Shown: one piece after another, positions 24,331 through 38,861 of the stretch
Layout: every line of letters starts with the position of its first letter
Numbering within the stretch: position 1 is the stretch's first letter
DNA from: Mytilus edulis
Taxonomy: Eukaryota
Direction of reading: 5' to 3'
Length of the DNA: 64,000 nucleotides
Assembly: GCF_963676685.1 (NCBI RefSeq)
Contig: NC_092350.1
Span: 51,460,001-51,524,000 of the forward strand
The notes under the pieces: generated by a model
Database searches by the model: none
Told to the model about the DNA's origin: nothing
The model's input: only the letters and a program-made list of their open reading frames with translations
Position numbers and translations under genes: made by a program

Positions 24331-27300
24331 CCAGTTGTTTTTTGTGACCTCCCCCTTTTTTCTCCAAAATCTATTCATTTTTTTTCTAATGCTATATATT
24401 ATATGTATAATGATTCAGTGAACGTGGGTTTCTGAGTACTGTTAGACCTTTACAAGTATTCCATGAACAATATTAGCTATTTCTTTACTGTGTTTACCAT
24501 CTATAGTGGAACTGACAATACAAATAGATTTTGGGGGGAAAAAGGGGGAGAGGAAAAAAGTTCCCAAGTACATGTTCTCATGGTTCTTGATTTATAAAAG
24601 TTAATGTTTTTTGTGTTTGAGAAAGATATTATTATATTTTCATCAAACTCACAAACTTATTCTACCCCAACGTAAGAGAATTCACTAGTCATTTAATATA
24701 TATTTTATACTTAGTCTAGCTGTATTGTACTAAGTATAGGGTCTGGTCTGTTAATTGTTACACATGCTTGTTATGTACTTATTGTGATAAATATTGTCAT
24801 ATTGTTACTTGTATGATTTGGATGCATTTACATTTTCTATTTTTCTTTCTCAAAAATTATCTACAGTATTTACATACTAATTTACTATCTCAAAAAATGA
24901 TTATTATATAGATCAACTGTCAGAATTTAGTCAATTACTTTTTATCTTTTAACAATACACAAATTCTATTTTTGTTTTACATATATAATGTAGATACATA
25001 CAAAGAGAGACAACTCTTATCTTCCTTCTATTCCTACATGATCAAACCAATAATTATTTAGATACTTTCATCTTTATTTTCTCGTTTAATATTCAACTAT
25101 TGTACTTCATGCATATGTAGCGAGTTGTTATTTAAAATATAAAAATATCTTTTTATCTATCTATATACCACGTGAACTGTTGTGACGATACATACTTTTC
25201 CTGTTAAAAGTCCATTAATATCATGATTTCTGTCTTCTTAGCTACATTCGGAAAACAGTTTTACTATCTTTCGGGCGAAGAAACAAATCGACCCGAATGA
25301 AGGGCGACAAATTCTGACTGTATGTGCCCTTTTGGTTAATCTGCTCCCTCTTTCTGGATATAAACAGAAATTTGTTATATTGCAACAGTCTCAAGACAAA
25401 CTCATAAAAGAGTTCGGACATGTCGGATGAACCGATGTACTCTTCTGTTTCTTCCGATAGAACTACAGGAATATATTCTTCAAACGTATTAAAGTGCTGA
25501 CAAAAGATGAAAATGCTGGGGTAAGAGTATGCCCGAGAACCAGTTACCATTATTTACTTAGCTAGTATGATCTGAAATGTCTGAAATATTTAAAATTGGT
25601 AGGGAAAAAGGAATATATGATTTAAACCGCATGTCACTTCATGCATATTCGGTAGGTTTGAAACTTAAATTTTTAATAACCCAAATAAGAGTTCCGACCG
25701 AGTTGTCAGAGGTCACACACCGAACCCCGTGGATTTGTCAGTATATTTTCTAAAATTCAACATTAAGACATACAAACAGCGTGTAACTATAATACATCAT
25801 GTGAATGTAATTGCAATTCTCAATTAAACTCACGGTACGTGTCAGTGTATTTACACAACCCTAAATGGCACATACTCTCAATGATAAAAGCAGGAATACT
25901 TTATCTATCATATCTATTAGATTCAGCTATATATAAAGAAATAGATATGACCCTTGACTTGCTTTTCAATGCTCTTATTAAGTACTAATGACTTTGATAC
26001 TCTTGAATATCAATTAATGCATTTCGCTTTCATATATCTTGGTGCAAAGGACACCAGTCATGTATTATACTTTGCAATAGTCAAACCTACATGTGTCTAA
26101 AAAGCAATTTATATGTGTTGGACGAGCAACGCAGTTATGTCCTGTAACCGTTGAACTTGCTTTTAAAAAGACTAAGATGAAAATTCTAAGATCAAATGGT
26201 CGTCCCTTCGTCCCAAATTTTAAACCAAAAGAACAAAAAATACAATCTGAGGACAGGTCACGTTTGCCTGTGAGCGTTGTAATCAACAAGTTCTTCCTTT
26301 AATGTATGGGTTCGTGTTATTTTCTTTAATATGATTATGTTATGATTGTGAACTTGTTGGTCTTTTTGTTGTTTCTCTTTTTGTCCATGGCCGTGCCTCT
26401 TTGACTTTTGACCTTTGATCTTTTATCCCCCCCCTCTTTTTTGGTATCTTATCTCTCTTTTCAATTAAAAATATTTCATTAACTAAAAATTGCTGATGCA
26501 AAAACAGGTATTGTTATGTTATTGATTGACGATACACTTAGGGACAAACATTCACATCAAAACAATTATTCTTGTTCAATTCAAAAAGAAGAAGGACTAT
26601 CGATGATCGGACGCCTACCTTTTAGAAATAACGATATTTTGAAGACGTCAATTATACAAATTTTCGGATTTTCATTGGCTGTTTGCTACCATATCTCTTA
26701 TTTCTTTGTATATAACATTCCTGTTTTGAGGCCTCAATCTATACAGACTAATTTTGTCGAAATTGGTTTGTAAATGTCTAATCAATACTTTACGAATTAT
26801 TGTAATAAAATAATGATGGTCCACTCGGGAAAGATATGAAGTAGGTAATTAGACGTATAATGGCGGCCATTAGCGTGATCGAAGTTTATAAAGGTCAGAC
26901 AAGGTGATCGTTTTACAATATCGTCCTGCGCAATACGAAAATATCTGCAGGGTACTCAGGTACTGTAACGTATGACAATGGAAGATGGCTTTATTCATCT
27001 ATAATATGAAAAGCTTAAGGTGTCTTTTTTACTTCGACTAATTATTTATCATTGAGCATTATTTAGACTGTACAAACGGCACCATAACTTATGCATTAAT
27101 TGATCAAAATAAATCATGCTTATTGACGAGTTCTTCAAACAATATAGATATGAATAGTCACACAAATATCTTCATCAGTGCCTTGTTCTGACATCTATAA
27201 TTACAAAAAAATAACAAAGAAGAGCGTATTGGACCGGGCGCGTATTAGACCGGGCCCGTAGCACTTGTGCCGATTTTTCAAAAATACAATATTGCATTGG

Positions 27301-27363
27301 CGCAAAAAAAAAATACTTCGTTCGCAGCAATTTACAGGTAAAATATCAGGAACATAATATTTA

Positions 27364-27510
27364 TAAAAGAAGATGTGGTATGATTGCCAATGGGACAACT
27401 ATCCACAAAAGACCAAAATGACATAGACATTAACAACTATAGGTCACCGTACGGCCTTCAACAATGAGCAAAGCCCATACCGCATAGTCAGCTATAATAG
27501 GCCCCGATAA
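27364..27510. repeat. High-copy interspersed repeat (other copies at about 15470-15617, 38060-38210, 45810-45895, 57330-57450)
   Basis: aagaagatgtggtatgattgccaatg...ggtcaccgtacggccttcaacaatgagcaaagccc recurs on both strands. Confidence 0.65.
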
Positions 27511-27809
27511 GTTTCTCCCATTCCCTCATTGGGAAAGTAATATTAGTGAGTATGATGACTTGTGCCAATGTCAATAACACAAGTCATGTTTAATTCTTAA
27601 AACTTGGCAGTCTAAGTTTATTTTCTTATAAATGAGTTCCATCGATTTTTTTCAGTGTCCTGGTGGTAAGCAGTGCTTTTCCTTTTCTTTTTTTTTACAT
27701 ATCATGTTGAGTAAACTTTTCCAATTTCATATTTTAACAAAGTTGATGTGGTCAACGAAATGTTAAGTAAACGGTCAATTTTCTGTTGAAAGTATATGGT
27801 AAAGGGGGG

Positions 27810-27995
27810 GAGGGGTTTTTATCCCGAAATCCCGGGCTTAAAAAAACGAAATCCCGAGGTCCCGAATTTAAATAAATTTAAATCCCGACATCCCGAAATT
27901 CGAAAAAAGAATTCCCGTATCCCGAAAGGGTCAATTCTGAAACCCCGGGCTTATAAACACCCGATCCCGGAGTCCCGATAAAGGTCCTATCCCCA
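27810..27995. repeat. Small element built of TCCCG(A) sub-repeats
   Basis: About 10 spaced atcccg/tcccga motifs. Confidence 0.6.
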
Positions 27996-29083
27996 TCAGT
28001 ATTATATATTCTGTGCTAGAAATATGCAGTTTGGTCTTTTAAAAAGCCTTCCCAATGTCCACATTTGACACTATGGTGGTTAAACATTTGTTACATATAC
28101 AATTTGGGTGTAGAAATAATATAAAAGTTTTACTGTAACAGATATGGATGGGTCTTTTTTGAAAAATGCCTATTTAAGCACTGAGTAATGGTGGCTTTAA
28201 ACTTCGCAGATTTGGTTAATAAAAAAGTTGAATAAGAAACATGTACTAGTATAATATAACAGACCGCATGAACCGCATGTAGCCGCATGAACCGCATGTA
28301 GCCGCATGAACAAAACACTAGAAATAAACGTGTTGACAGAACCGTATATGCATCTTCTCCTGTTGCAATGTAAAGTCACGAACAGAAGTATTAGCTTTCC
28401 ATAAAGCTTGTCTTATTTAAGCATCTATGAAATATAAGCGAAAGTGCGTTTGAAGGTATAATTGCAAATTCTTGCACAGATTTCAGCTACGATTGTTATT
28501 TAGGTTAGGCTGTGATAGCCATGTTATAATATGAAAATCGAATATGAAATCATGGCAAATATATAATTTACAACAGATGACTGTGAAATAATAAAATGTA
28601 TAAGGGTATTGAAGACATCATTTCATTCATTATTTTATTTTGTTATAGTGATTTGAATTTAGTTTCAGTCATATACACCGAATGCTGCTGGTAATTTTTT
28701 TTATCAAATACTGCATAACATGACAATAATTTGTAAACTACTAGAAGAGTATGATAGGCTAATAAATATAAGAAGATGTGTATATTTGGACATTAAATTA
28801 AAAAAGTTTGCTTTGTTTATCAATCGATTTTTCAGTGTATAAATGAAGGAAATGAAATATCAGGTTCTTCTCTTGGATATACTGGAAATGTTCTTATAAA
28901 TCTGAAAATATAGTATACGGTCAAATTGTTATATTTCAATAATTTTATTTGATAATATTATTAGTAAATATATGTTGTACTACGTGTGGTTTTGTTGTGT
29001 TGTCTTGTTGGTTTTTGGTTTTTTTTTTATATAAAGCAGTCTGCAACTTTTTTAATATCGCTCCTTTTGAGTACACAACTGCC

Positions 29084-29114
<31 letters not shown>

Positions 29115-29651
29115 AAAAAAAAAACCAAAACCAAAAACACTAAATACGATAAGCACAAAGAAACCAAACATAAAGGTGCATGTTTTGCAAATGTTAGAAT
29201 TATGTGTAACAGTGTTTGAAGTCGTTTAAATTTTTCAACGGATTCTTTAATGATGAGACAAATTTCGATTTATTGGTTTATCAATGAAACAAGTACAGGG
29301 GAGTCGGCACCTTTTTATTTATTTTATGATCACAAATTTATAATTCAACACTTTTATAAAAGACGGTGAATACCTTTGAAAAGTTCTTATAATGATTTCG
29401 AACAAAATTTAAATGAAACCTACGGTGCATGAAAACATATATAAAATCAATAGTTAGAATAATAAAATATATATATCATCATACGTAATATTTAAAACAT
29501 CTATTTTTACGTAGAAAATTCCGTTATAAATTAGGGGAAGCAATTGTAAATTTCAAAAAAATATGATGCTGCATAAGTCTTCCATTAAGTGATGATTTCG
29601 TGAAATAAATGAATATATTTGTTTATTTAATTACCTTGGATACATTTTCAG

Positions 29652-29990
29652 TTAGTGGATTCACAAATATTAAGACACAATATGATTTTTTGCAAACTTC
29701 TATATACTTTTAATACCTTAAAATTCTTTTACGGAAAATATGATGGGTATATAAGCCGAACAGGAAGTATGTTAAGTGTGATGCAAGTGGAAAATGAATT
29801 GACTTCCTGCTCTATTTGTATCCAGCAGCTCAGTCAATATAGTGAAATGGTTTGCATAAATATGTACACAAAGTGTAATCATATATATCATGAACACTGT
29901 ATAAAGCAGTGGATAGCTACCTGCAAAGGTAAACAGCAAACACCTACATGCCCTCTATGTAGACACAAATGGAAAAGTATAGCATACTAG
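29652..29990 (+). CDS. RING-H2 (C3H2C3) zinc-finger coding exon, putative small E3 ubiquitin ligase
   Basis: CSIC-x18-CNH-IY-HEHC-IKQW...CPLCR with all 8 ligands plus the conserved Trp and Pro. In-frame acceptor ttttcag| at 29651, in-frame ATGs at 29682 and 29769, TAG stop. 5' end uncertain. Confidence 0.75.
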   Translation, partial: LVDSQILRHNMIFCKLLYTFNTLKFFYGKYDGYISRTGSMLSVMQVENELTSCSICIQQLSQYSEMVCINMYTKCNHIYHEHCIKQWIATCKGKQQTPTCPLCRHKWKSIAY

Positions 29991-30253
29991 TAAAGGGTGT
30001 TGAAAAACATCGAAAGATTTCTAGTATGACTAGAGAGGGTGTGTGAATGGACTATATTAACTGAGCTTCTGAACAAACTAAAACCAAATTGTAAATTAAA
30101 TAGACTAATTGTCTATTTTTCTGCTATCCATTTCATTTATTGAATCATTTCATATAAAAATAGTTGATATCGATCTATAGCAAACGATTTAGAAGGATAA
30201 ACAAAACATATTCAAAGGCTCATAAGAAAAGACACACTATTGACTATATAAAT

Positions 30254-30330
30254 TGCGTCTGTCCAAAGATTTTTTTACTAGATTTACCTTCATCAGGAAC
30301 ACTTAAACCTAAACATTCAAAATATAGGAA
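30254..30330 (-). mobile_element. Degenerate family B retrozyme/hammerhead remnant
   Basis: GTGTTCCTGATGAAGGTAAATCTAG on the minus strand matches the 34.8-kb copy. GAAA box lost. Confidence 0.55.
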
Positions 30331-30772
30331 TGTTGAAATACGTGCGTATAAGTCTCTTTCCGACCAAAAATGTGTGTTTGTAGATCTGTGCGACAGAAAT
30401 GATACAATGTTGGATACGCAATACCTGTACTCCGTAAGGTTACAGATGTTTAGCGACATGTACTACGATTTACCATCCAAAGACCAAACACGTCAATGAT
30501 GAAAATAATAACTGTAGGTAACTATATGGCATTCAACAATGAGCAAAATTCATAACTTATAGTAAGCTATAAAAGACATGACAAATGGTAATTAAAAAAA
30601 ATCGTCTGAACAAAAGAATACAAATTTGTGTATATAATGAAAACTTGCTAGTGTGTACGTTACGCCCAACAAAGTGTCATATAGTATAGTCTGTCAAGAA
30701 CCATCTGAAGTTACATAAAAAAAAATAGGACGACTGAGTAAAATATTTGCAAGTTTCTTGAAACAAACAACA

Positions 30773-31218
30773 TAGAATCATATTCAAAACAGTGTGGTCC
30801 TGGCCATTGATTGACGACCTAAATTATCCCAGTGACTGGGACAGATTAGGTGAACGTTTGTCTGTAACGACCATTGCTCACCTCTTACTTATTATAGAAT
30901 TTAAACTATGGGGTCACCAAAGGTTCTTAACGCCTTTAATAATAAAATAATTCGAAAAATTATTCAGGAATAACCTTTATGTTTTGATTTATATTATTGA
31001 TATAAATCAACACATCGTATTATTCCGGATTCGTTTTTCGAATTTTTTTTATTTAGGTGTTGAGAACCTTTGGTGACCTCACAGATTCAGTGTCTTTAAC
31101 AAGTACATAGTGAGCAGTGATTGTTACCGACAAACGTTCACCTAATCTGTCCCAGTCAATGGGATAATTTAGGTCGTCAATCAATGGCCAGGACCACACT
31201 GTTTTGAATATGATTCTA
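30773..31218. mobile_element. Fold-back MITE with long near-perfect inverted arms
   Basis: The first ~90 bp (tagaatcatattcaaaacagtgtggtcctggcc...) are a near-exact reverse complement of the last ~90 bp. Looser pairing continues toward the centre. Confidence 0.9.
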
Positions 31219-34200
31219 CTAGGTAGAGAATTAAACTACTGAATAAAATTCAATGAACTAAAGAGTTAATATGCAGTTAAAGGTATGTTTGAATTTTTCA
31301 GCACAAACCAGGAAAAGATATAGTTTTGACATGAAATGACTGCCACTTTATTTGAACCTTCAATAGGATAAAATAGTCATTAATCCTTGCACTTTCCGAT
31401 TTTAACATAAAAAACATTTTTCTCCTATTTGTACTGAGTAGATTTTTTTTTTCCAGTATATTCAGTCGGCCTTTCAAGGAAATGGGTATAATTTTGTGAG
31501 CTTTACCACTATGATGTATAAGATCAATTCTTACATTTTGACCTGCAGTTTAATATTAGATAAACTTGCCTTATTGAGTAATCAGACTTAAAAGCATGGA
31601 AAAATGCATGCATATATTTTATCACTTTTTGTTTTAGCTAAGAGCAATTCAATAACCAATTTCATGTCAGATAAGGGAATTAAAGATATGCATGATTGCA
31701 CATTCACCATCCCTTTATATCATTTTATACATGTATTATTCATGACACAACTTAGGTTAAATCGATGATAAAATATCTATTGAAACAGAATACAAGCATT
31801 TTGTTTGCATGTAAAATTGCAATGAGCTAAAAGTATAGAATGAGTTCATGCAATTTGCCTCGACATTTCTAACCAATGTGAAATTATTTTTTTTAAAGCA
31901 CGAGGTATCGAAGTAAATATTTCATGTACAAACCTAGATAGACTTAGTAACAGTACGAAATTAATTAAAATCTAAACGATATGCAATACTAAAGAATTTT
32001 GTTCAAAGGAGTTGGGAGAAAGAAACAATTTGTAAATACAAAATACAATGTAGATGTTAAAGATGAACGATTAGTTGGTGAAAATAAAATTTTGAATGCC
32101 AATAAACATGATTATAAGTAATATATATAATTGTTTTAAAAAAGTTTATTATCTGAAATCATTGAAATTATACTCCTTTAAATACGTCATTGGTTGATGT
32201 GATCTGTTGTATTGTCCAGTATTTTTGTTGATTCAAATTATTCTTTTTACGATTTAACAATTGATATTAAATAAATCACATATCCATTGAAGACCTTCGA
32301 ACTCTATTTTAAAAATATAAAGCTCTTTTTCATTGTCAAGGTATTGCATGAACCAACATCAAACCGCATGGCTACCCAAGCTATGATTGAGTAGTTAGAA
32401 TATAAAACAAAATAAAACGAAAAATGAAAATATGAAAATGCTTCAAAAGATTATTTTATTTCTATTCATCACAAAAAGTGCGACCGATACTGAGTGTTTA
32501 GTTTCTATTTTATATAAAGATACCTCTTTATGTATGTCAAAGAATGACCTTTTTCATCTAAGATACATGGTAGTCATCACGACATGTCTCGGTACACGCA
32601 GTATTTTAATATTTGATAATAAAAATTAAGATCTTTTAAACAAGTAAGTAAACGTGTATCTGAGAAGACATGCTAATATGGTCATCAGCCTCTAATTCAC
32701 TCTTATACAAGATATTGTATGGCATATTAAACTTGAATCGTGCTTTTGATATAATAATTGAAATGATAATTTCATTTATTATCTATGTGATACAATGTGC
32801 CTTGACGTCATTTGATGTGAGTATTATCCACAAAATTCTAAGTCTAAATCAATAGTCTGATGTCTATTAAATTATAGAGTGCAAGCGGTACATGTTAAAA
32901 TTATATTACTAAGAGGCAAAGTTCCAGAAATTGGTCAGTATCCAATATCATATAAAAGGGCATACGTTCCTGTATATATATCTTACATAAAAGAGCATAT
33001 AAGAGCATAAAAACAAAACAAATTACAATTTAAGTCAAAAGAACTTCACAAAGTGTAGACATGTAATGATGTTGGAGAATAAAAATGTGCTGTGTCTTCT
33101 GTAATAACAGGAAGTAGAGGCCGAGCATTACCCAGGAAGGGGTTAATTGATGCCACTGAAGTCACCTTAGACTCAATGGCAGGAGAGTGAATAACTTTGA
33201 ATGTAAGCAATTGCAAAGAAACTAAATTAAAAGATTGTGCAACATGAACGCCTCCTGCTAATTAGTTGTGCCCATCTTGTTGCTCGTGACAAATAAAATC
33301 AAAATTGAAGACATCAAACACAAACAATAGACAACCAATTAAACATTTAAAAAGATGTCCAAGATATTTTTTTTTTTTTTTTTTTTTTTATTTGTTCACG
33401 TTTGTCCTGAGTAACAGCAATTAAAGAACACAAACATCAAAGCAATTTCTTTAATGTAAATAACATATATAACACTATGTAAAAATACAAAACAATAACA
33501 CATTGTAATATAAACTCATGTGAAAAGTATAAAACATATGGTAGCGGTAAATACGGAACTCTGAAAAAAAGTAAAATCACAAAAATGCTGAACTCAGAGG
33601 AAAATCAATTTGGGAAGTCCATAATCACATGGCAAAATCAAATAACAAAACACATCATAAACGAATGGACAAGAACTGTCATATTCCTGACTTCGTACAG
33701 GCATTTTCAAATGTAAAAAATGGTGGATTAAACCTGGTTTTAAAGCGCTAACCCTCTCACTTTGAAAGTCTCATCAAATTCCGTTAACTAAACAGACACA
33801 ATAAATAAAATAGTCAAAATATTGGTACAGCAGTCATCATCGTGTAACAATTTTAAAAGGAACAATTTAACAGACCTAAAGTGAATGTAGAGGCACTACA
33901 GAATTTTAGTATCAGTTTAAACTCTTAGATTTTCAAGGCATATAAATGCTGAAAATATTTAGCTCTGTCTTTTGACCTCTGAATAAAATAGTAGTGCTTA
34001 AAAAATTTCGTTCTAGGATATGATTTTGTTACGAAACTTAATAGTAAAAGTGGCACAGTCTTCGCCACAAAGGAAGTTCCTATCATGGGAAATTACATTG
34101 TCTAGATTGACAGAAGTGCAACATCTAGCATTAAACATATGATAAGTTCACAACACCAATGCTTGGAGGACAAGGATGTTTAAAAGAGCTAGTTTAATCA

Positions 34201-34342
34201 GGGTTTGCACAGTTTATACAAATTGGTTCGGTTAAATAAAGGAAGTTAGTAGAAATTTTATCTTTATTTCTTTTTACAACATGAACATCAGAAGAACTTT
34301 AAGACGGCAGATATATGTAACTATCATTTTGTCATAATTACA

Positions 34343-34702
34343 TTAGATGTATGTTTCATTATAATACGTTATTCTGATTGGCTAACTGCACATCACATGT
34401 TATTCCGTAAGCAATTGTATTAGACAATAAAATTTATCATTCATGATGACACGAGGTCCCACAATAAAGTGCACAGGTGAATTAAATAAAACTTGATAAA
34501 AATCGTGTTTTCATGATCCTAGCTAAATAAATGTAATTATAAGTATTGAATGCTTCTTTTTGTAACTTTATAGGGTTGTAAAAGCGTTGACCGTGCGTAC
34601 ATTTTTAGAATGAAGCGCTTCTGCGCTTCATACAAAATGTACTTCGGTCAACGCTTTTACACCGAAATAAATTTACAAAAAGAAGCATTCACTTCTTAAA
34701 TA
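34343..34702. mobile_element. Hairpin-ended non-autonomous element (partial copy at about 3105-3245)
   Basis: Palindrome gtaaaagcgttgaccg...gaagcgcttctgcgcttc...cggtcaacgcttttac. Confidence 0.7.
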
Positions 34703-34774
34703 CATCTGATAGGATATTAATACTTTTGGTGAACAAAAAGATTTAGACTAAGTGAAATTCTAAAAAAAATTGAA

Positions 34775-35125
34775 AACAACACGTTTAAAATTTCAAGCAT
34801 CATAAGCGCTTTTCTGGATTTACGTTCATCAGGAATTAACGCTCAAAGCCGAACATTTGAAATCCGAGGATGTATAAGTACCGAAACCGTTGAATAGCTA
34901 TATGACAAACACACCTAAAGGAAATAGCCAAATTCATTTATAGTCAACTTTGCCTGAGGGAGTTGAAACCTTAGTTTCTTAATAATTTCAAAATGTATAA
35001 ACGGACAATTTTAGAAAGGTTTGTTAAATCATGTCAGTACCGAAGTAATAACTCCTGAGCTGATGATAGTACCATCGGGGACTGATAGTCCCTCAGCAGA
35101 GGTATCGACCCAGTGATATAAAAAA
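34775..35125 (-). mobile_element. Retrozyme family B unit with degenerate hammerhead (about 34795-34843)
   Basis: Minus strand GAGCGTT..CCTGATGAACGTAAATCCAGAAAGCGCTT. The distal block catgtcagtaccgaagt...gacccagtg is homologous to family A. Confidence 0.7.
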
Positions 35126-36579
35126 ATGTGTATACTCGTTTTACCTCAGACTTACAATTTTGCTTCTATTCCTCTATGTAACCATGTAATACACCTGTTA
35201 TACTGGCCTTGTGGTCTTCGTCTGTCATCGCAAAGGAACATTTATGGCAGTCCTAAAACTATAAAAATCAGTGCAAACTTTGGTCTTGAAAGAAAACATC
35301 ATAAAGTTGAAATACATGATGAATAATAGAAAATACCTATTAAAACCAACTACATGGTATGTATTTTTCTCATTGTTGAGGGGCGTATGGTGACCTATAA
35401 ATGCTCAAAAACCACCTCATTTTATCTCTAGTGGATATTTGTCGCATTGGCAAAAAAAAACAAATCTCCTTGTTTTATATCACATACATTTTCCCTACTT
35501 CTTAAAGTTAAGATAACATACCATATTTGAGATTTACGTTATTGGCCCCACATTTCAATGGTTAAAAACCTTAATTAAAAACATAAAAATCAAGAACGCT
35601 ACGTATACTGCTGTTTGTCATTGCATGCTTCAACTTGATGACTTATATTATTAATGCCAATGACTAAGTTTGGATCAATAAAATGTCTGCATCACTTCTT
35701 CAATAATTTTTACCAATATTGTAATGATACGGGCATGTGAATCTAGATCGATCAAAGGAATTCTGCCGGCATCCACGCGATGAGAGGTTGAAAGGTGTAA
35801 AATAGCCAATCTTCCAACAAAGATTCTTCGGATTTCTTCATGATTTAGTCCGGTAGACATTTTTTTCAAGTTGAGTATTGACGGAGAAGTAAGGAATACG
35901 GACATTTATTAGGAAACAGGATTGATTTTGTGGACGTCTAGAATGAATAGCATCTTTAGACTTGCTTTAGTTTGTGGACTTTTTGTTAGCTGTGTAATTT
36001 CTAAAAATATAGAAAAGGAACAAAATAAAGGTAGGTCTATTTGATTTTTCGCATCTGATTAGACTTCCTACATTTTGTCTGTTCCTGGCATTTCAAATCT
36101 CACTGTACAGTGCGGGCTTTTTATCAATGTTGAAGGGTGTCTGGTGACCTTAGCACTTTACAACTTCGTCTCATGGATAGTTTTCCCCTTGTCACTCATA
36201 CGACACCTCTTTTGTGTATTAAATGTTTTGAACAAGTATTTTGTTGGTTTTTTTTTTATTTTCTACAGTACATAAGTAAAAATAAAACCGTCAAAATTTT
36301 GTGACAAATATATTTTTACACAAAACCTTAATTTATCTAATAAATTAATTAAATTGAGAACGGAAATTGGGAATATGTCAAAAACAAAACCCAACCAAAA
36401 AGCAGATTACAGCCGAAAAACACGAACGCAGCGAGAAAAATCCCGCACTGGGAGGTTGACCTCGGCCTCCTCCTAGAATGTGTACTAGTTCAGTGAACAT
36501 GTTTAGGACATTTAACTTCAATTAATTGTATGTGCGTTTGAAAAGTTTGATGATAATCGTAAAAAAACAATCCATTTAA

Positions 36580-36800
36580 GGGGGTTTTTCACAAAGTTTT
36601 GACAAAATATTCACTTTGACCTGTTTACAAAAATATGAAAAATTCTAGAAATTTGAACCGTTCAATTAACAGGAATAATATGGTTGGCTATATAGCAGTT
36701 TGACTAACACTAATTTTGATCGTTGAAACGCTTGATTTCTCCTTATTAAAACACTCAGCTGATTTTTAAGAGTTAATTCCCTTAGGTGTTTTGTACCCCC
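36580..36800. mobile_element. TTAA-flanked MITE family K1, diverged and internally deleted copy
   Basis: TTAA flanks and internal homology (tttgacaaa..actttgacc..acactaattttgatc..gctgattt). Confidence 0.65.
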
Positions 36801-38861
36801 TTAAATATATGTTGAATTAAAATAATTGGAACATGAAAATATTTAAACCCTTTGAATCCAGAGTTATATTGACCCTTTTTCTGGGTCTCGTTTGATTGTT
36901 GTCCCATTGACGTATATTTTCATACTTTTATTAAATTACTTTTCTTTTAATTTTCTTTTTGACATTTTTGTTGTTATACATCGATCGAGTTACAACGCTT
37001 TCATAGATATTCGGGAACTACTTGTATGTTTAAGCTTTAATATGGTATTCTTACATGTACATGTGCTGCATTTAACAAGTAAAGCAGGATCTGTTTACCC
37101 TTCCTGGGCGCAAGAGATCACTCTTGGTTTATATGAGACAGAAGGTTACACGGTGTTACACGGTGTTGCTCTATGTTGTGTTTTTTATACTGTTGTTTGG
37201 TTTTTTTTGTTTATAGTTTGTCATCGTATTATAAGTTTGCGTATCTCTTCAAGTATTTTCTGCCTCTCTCCTGCTGTTGATTGGATCTGTCCACTACAAT
37301 AACTTGACGAAATATGACAACACATGCATGATTTTTAAAAGACACTTTATTTCGTACTTAGCATTTTTGCACCGGTTTTTAAAACATCTTAAATTATGCG
37401 AAGCATACAATCCTATAAAAGGCAACGATATCTTGGTAATGGATAAGTATTAAAGAATATAATTAGAAAAAAAATCTTAAAAAATGAAATATTTTCAATT
37501 TACTTGAGACCATTAAAAGTCAATTGTTGCGACTATTTTCATTTCAATGAGAATTTTATCTTAAAAGATGACTGACTATTATAAATGTTTTATAGACTCA
37601 CAGAATCCTCGTGTGTCTATCTACAACTATTTCTTATGTCTACCATTATAAAACAAGTCTGCAATAATTGGCGTAAAGATATCCTACAATCGGTCCAAGG
37701 AAACCAAAGGAAAATATTGTGATCAAGATTTAGTTGTAGTTTGTTGTATCAAACTATAACTTATAACTTTGTTAGAATCAAATAAAAAGAATTAAGAACT
37801 GAAGGAGAGGCTGAAGGTCTCAAAAGGATATTTACACCCGTGAGTCCAAGAAACATAAGACAAATAGGTGTCCATAAAACAAAACATAGATAACTAACGA
37901 CTGAGCAACACAACTGAGGTAAAAACTAGGGTTGATCTCAGTTGCTCCTCATTTTGTGATGCTCATATAAGTTCTAGTATCTAGTGATAGTTTCCACAGT
38001 CGCCATGACGACCTGGTTGGTCACTTATTGTCTTGCTTTGTAAACGTTCTGTTATATAAAACATGGAGATATGGTTTGATTGCCTATGGAAACACATTAC
38101 AACAGAGTCCATATGACGTGGATAAAAGCAACAATTATTGGTGACCGGACGGCCTTTAACGATGAGCAACACCCATACCTTATAGTAAGCTTTAAAAAGC
38201 TCTGACAACATGTGGAACAATTCAAACGGCATGGTTAATGATGATACAACTAACCAAAAACAATTAGGACAGAAAGTCGCTGAATAACACCTTGACTTCG
38301 GTCATGGACATATATATAGAACGTTGTAGGCTTCAACAGTTTTTTAGCACTCAACCTAGTTTGGAATGGCTTGACTAGTCAGATTGGCACGACGCACAAA
38401 CAACAGTTTACAATAAGACAAAAGATAAAAAAAATTGCGAGAAAGTGTAAATTGTTGTTATTTTAGAATCGCGATATAGCATCTATTGAGACTAGTTATA
38501 TTTGTTGTCTTATTGTTTGCTACATGTTAACGTCCAGTGGCAAATATTGTATGCAATTTTGGACGAGTGTTATTTTTTGAGTTGCAGTTTGTTGATTACA
38601 TGCTACACATAACACGAAAACTGAAGCCTATAACAATATAATAAGCTAGATTGTAATTACACATCCTTATTGACACTTTTATGTGTAATATCCTGTACAA
38701 ATGTTTACAATAAAACATACATGACCTTTTTTATTTGAGGTGAAGTAACACTATGAATTATTTAACAACATATCAATTAAAAAATCAACAAATTTGTGTT
38801 ATTGCTTTCAAATATGAAACTTATCTGATTTGCACTCCGGTACTGTCGTATTATCGACTAA

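Noticed and set aside
25242-25550. 102-aa ATG ORF on the minus strand
   Set aside because: No recognisable domain, splice partner or paralog.
27810-28310. Spaced short repeats (TCCCG motifs and CCGCATG units) as a CRISPR-like array
   Set aside because: Repeats are too short and irregular, there are no unique spacers or cas genes, and the context is eukaryotic.
30164-30499. 111-aa ORF next to the RING exon
   Set aside because: Overlaps a decayed retrozyme remnant, so likely a chance ORF.
36892-37302. 136-aa hydrophobic ORF
   Set aside because: T-rich decayed interspersed repeat; the hydrophobicity is compositional.
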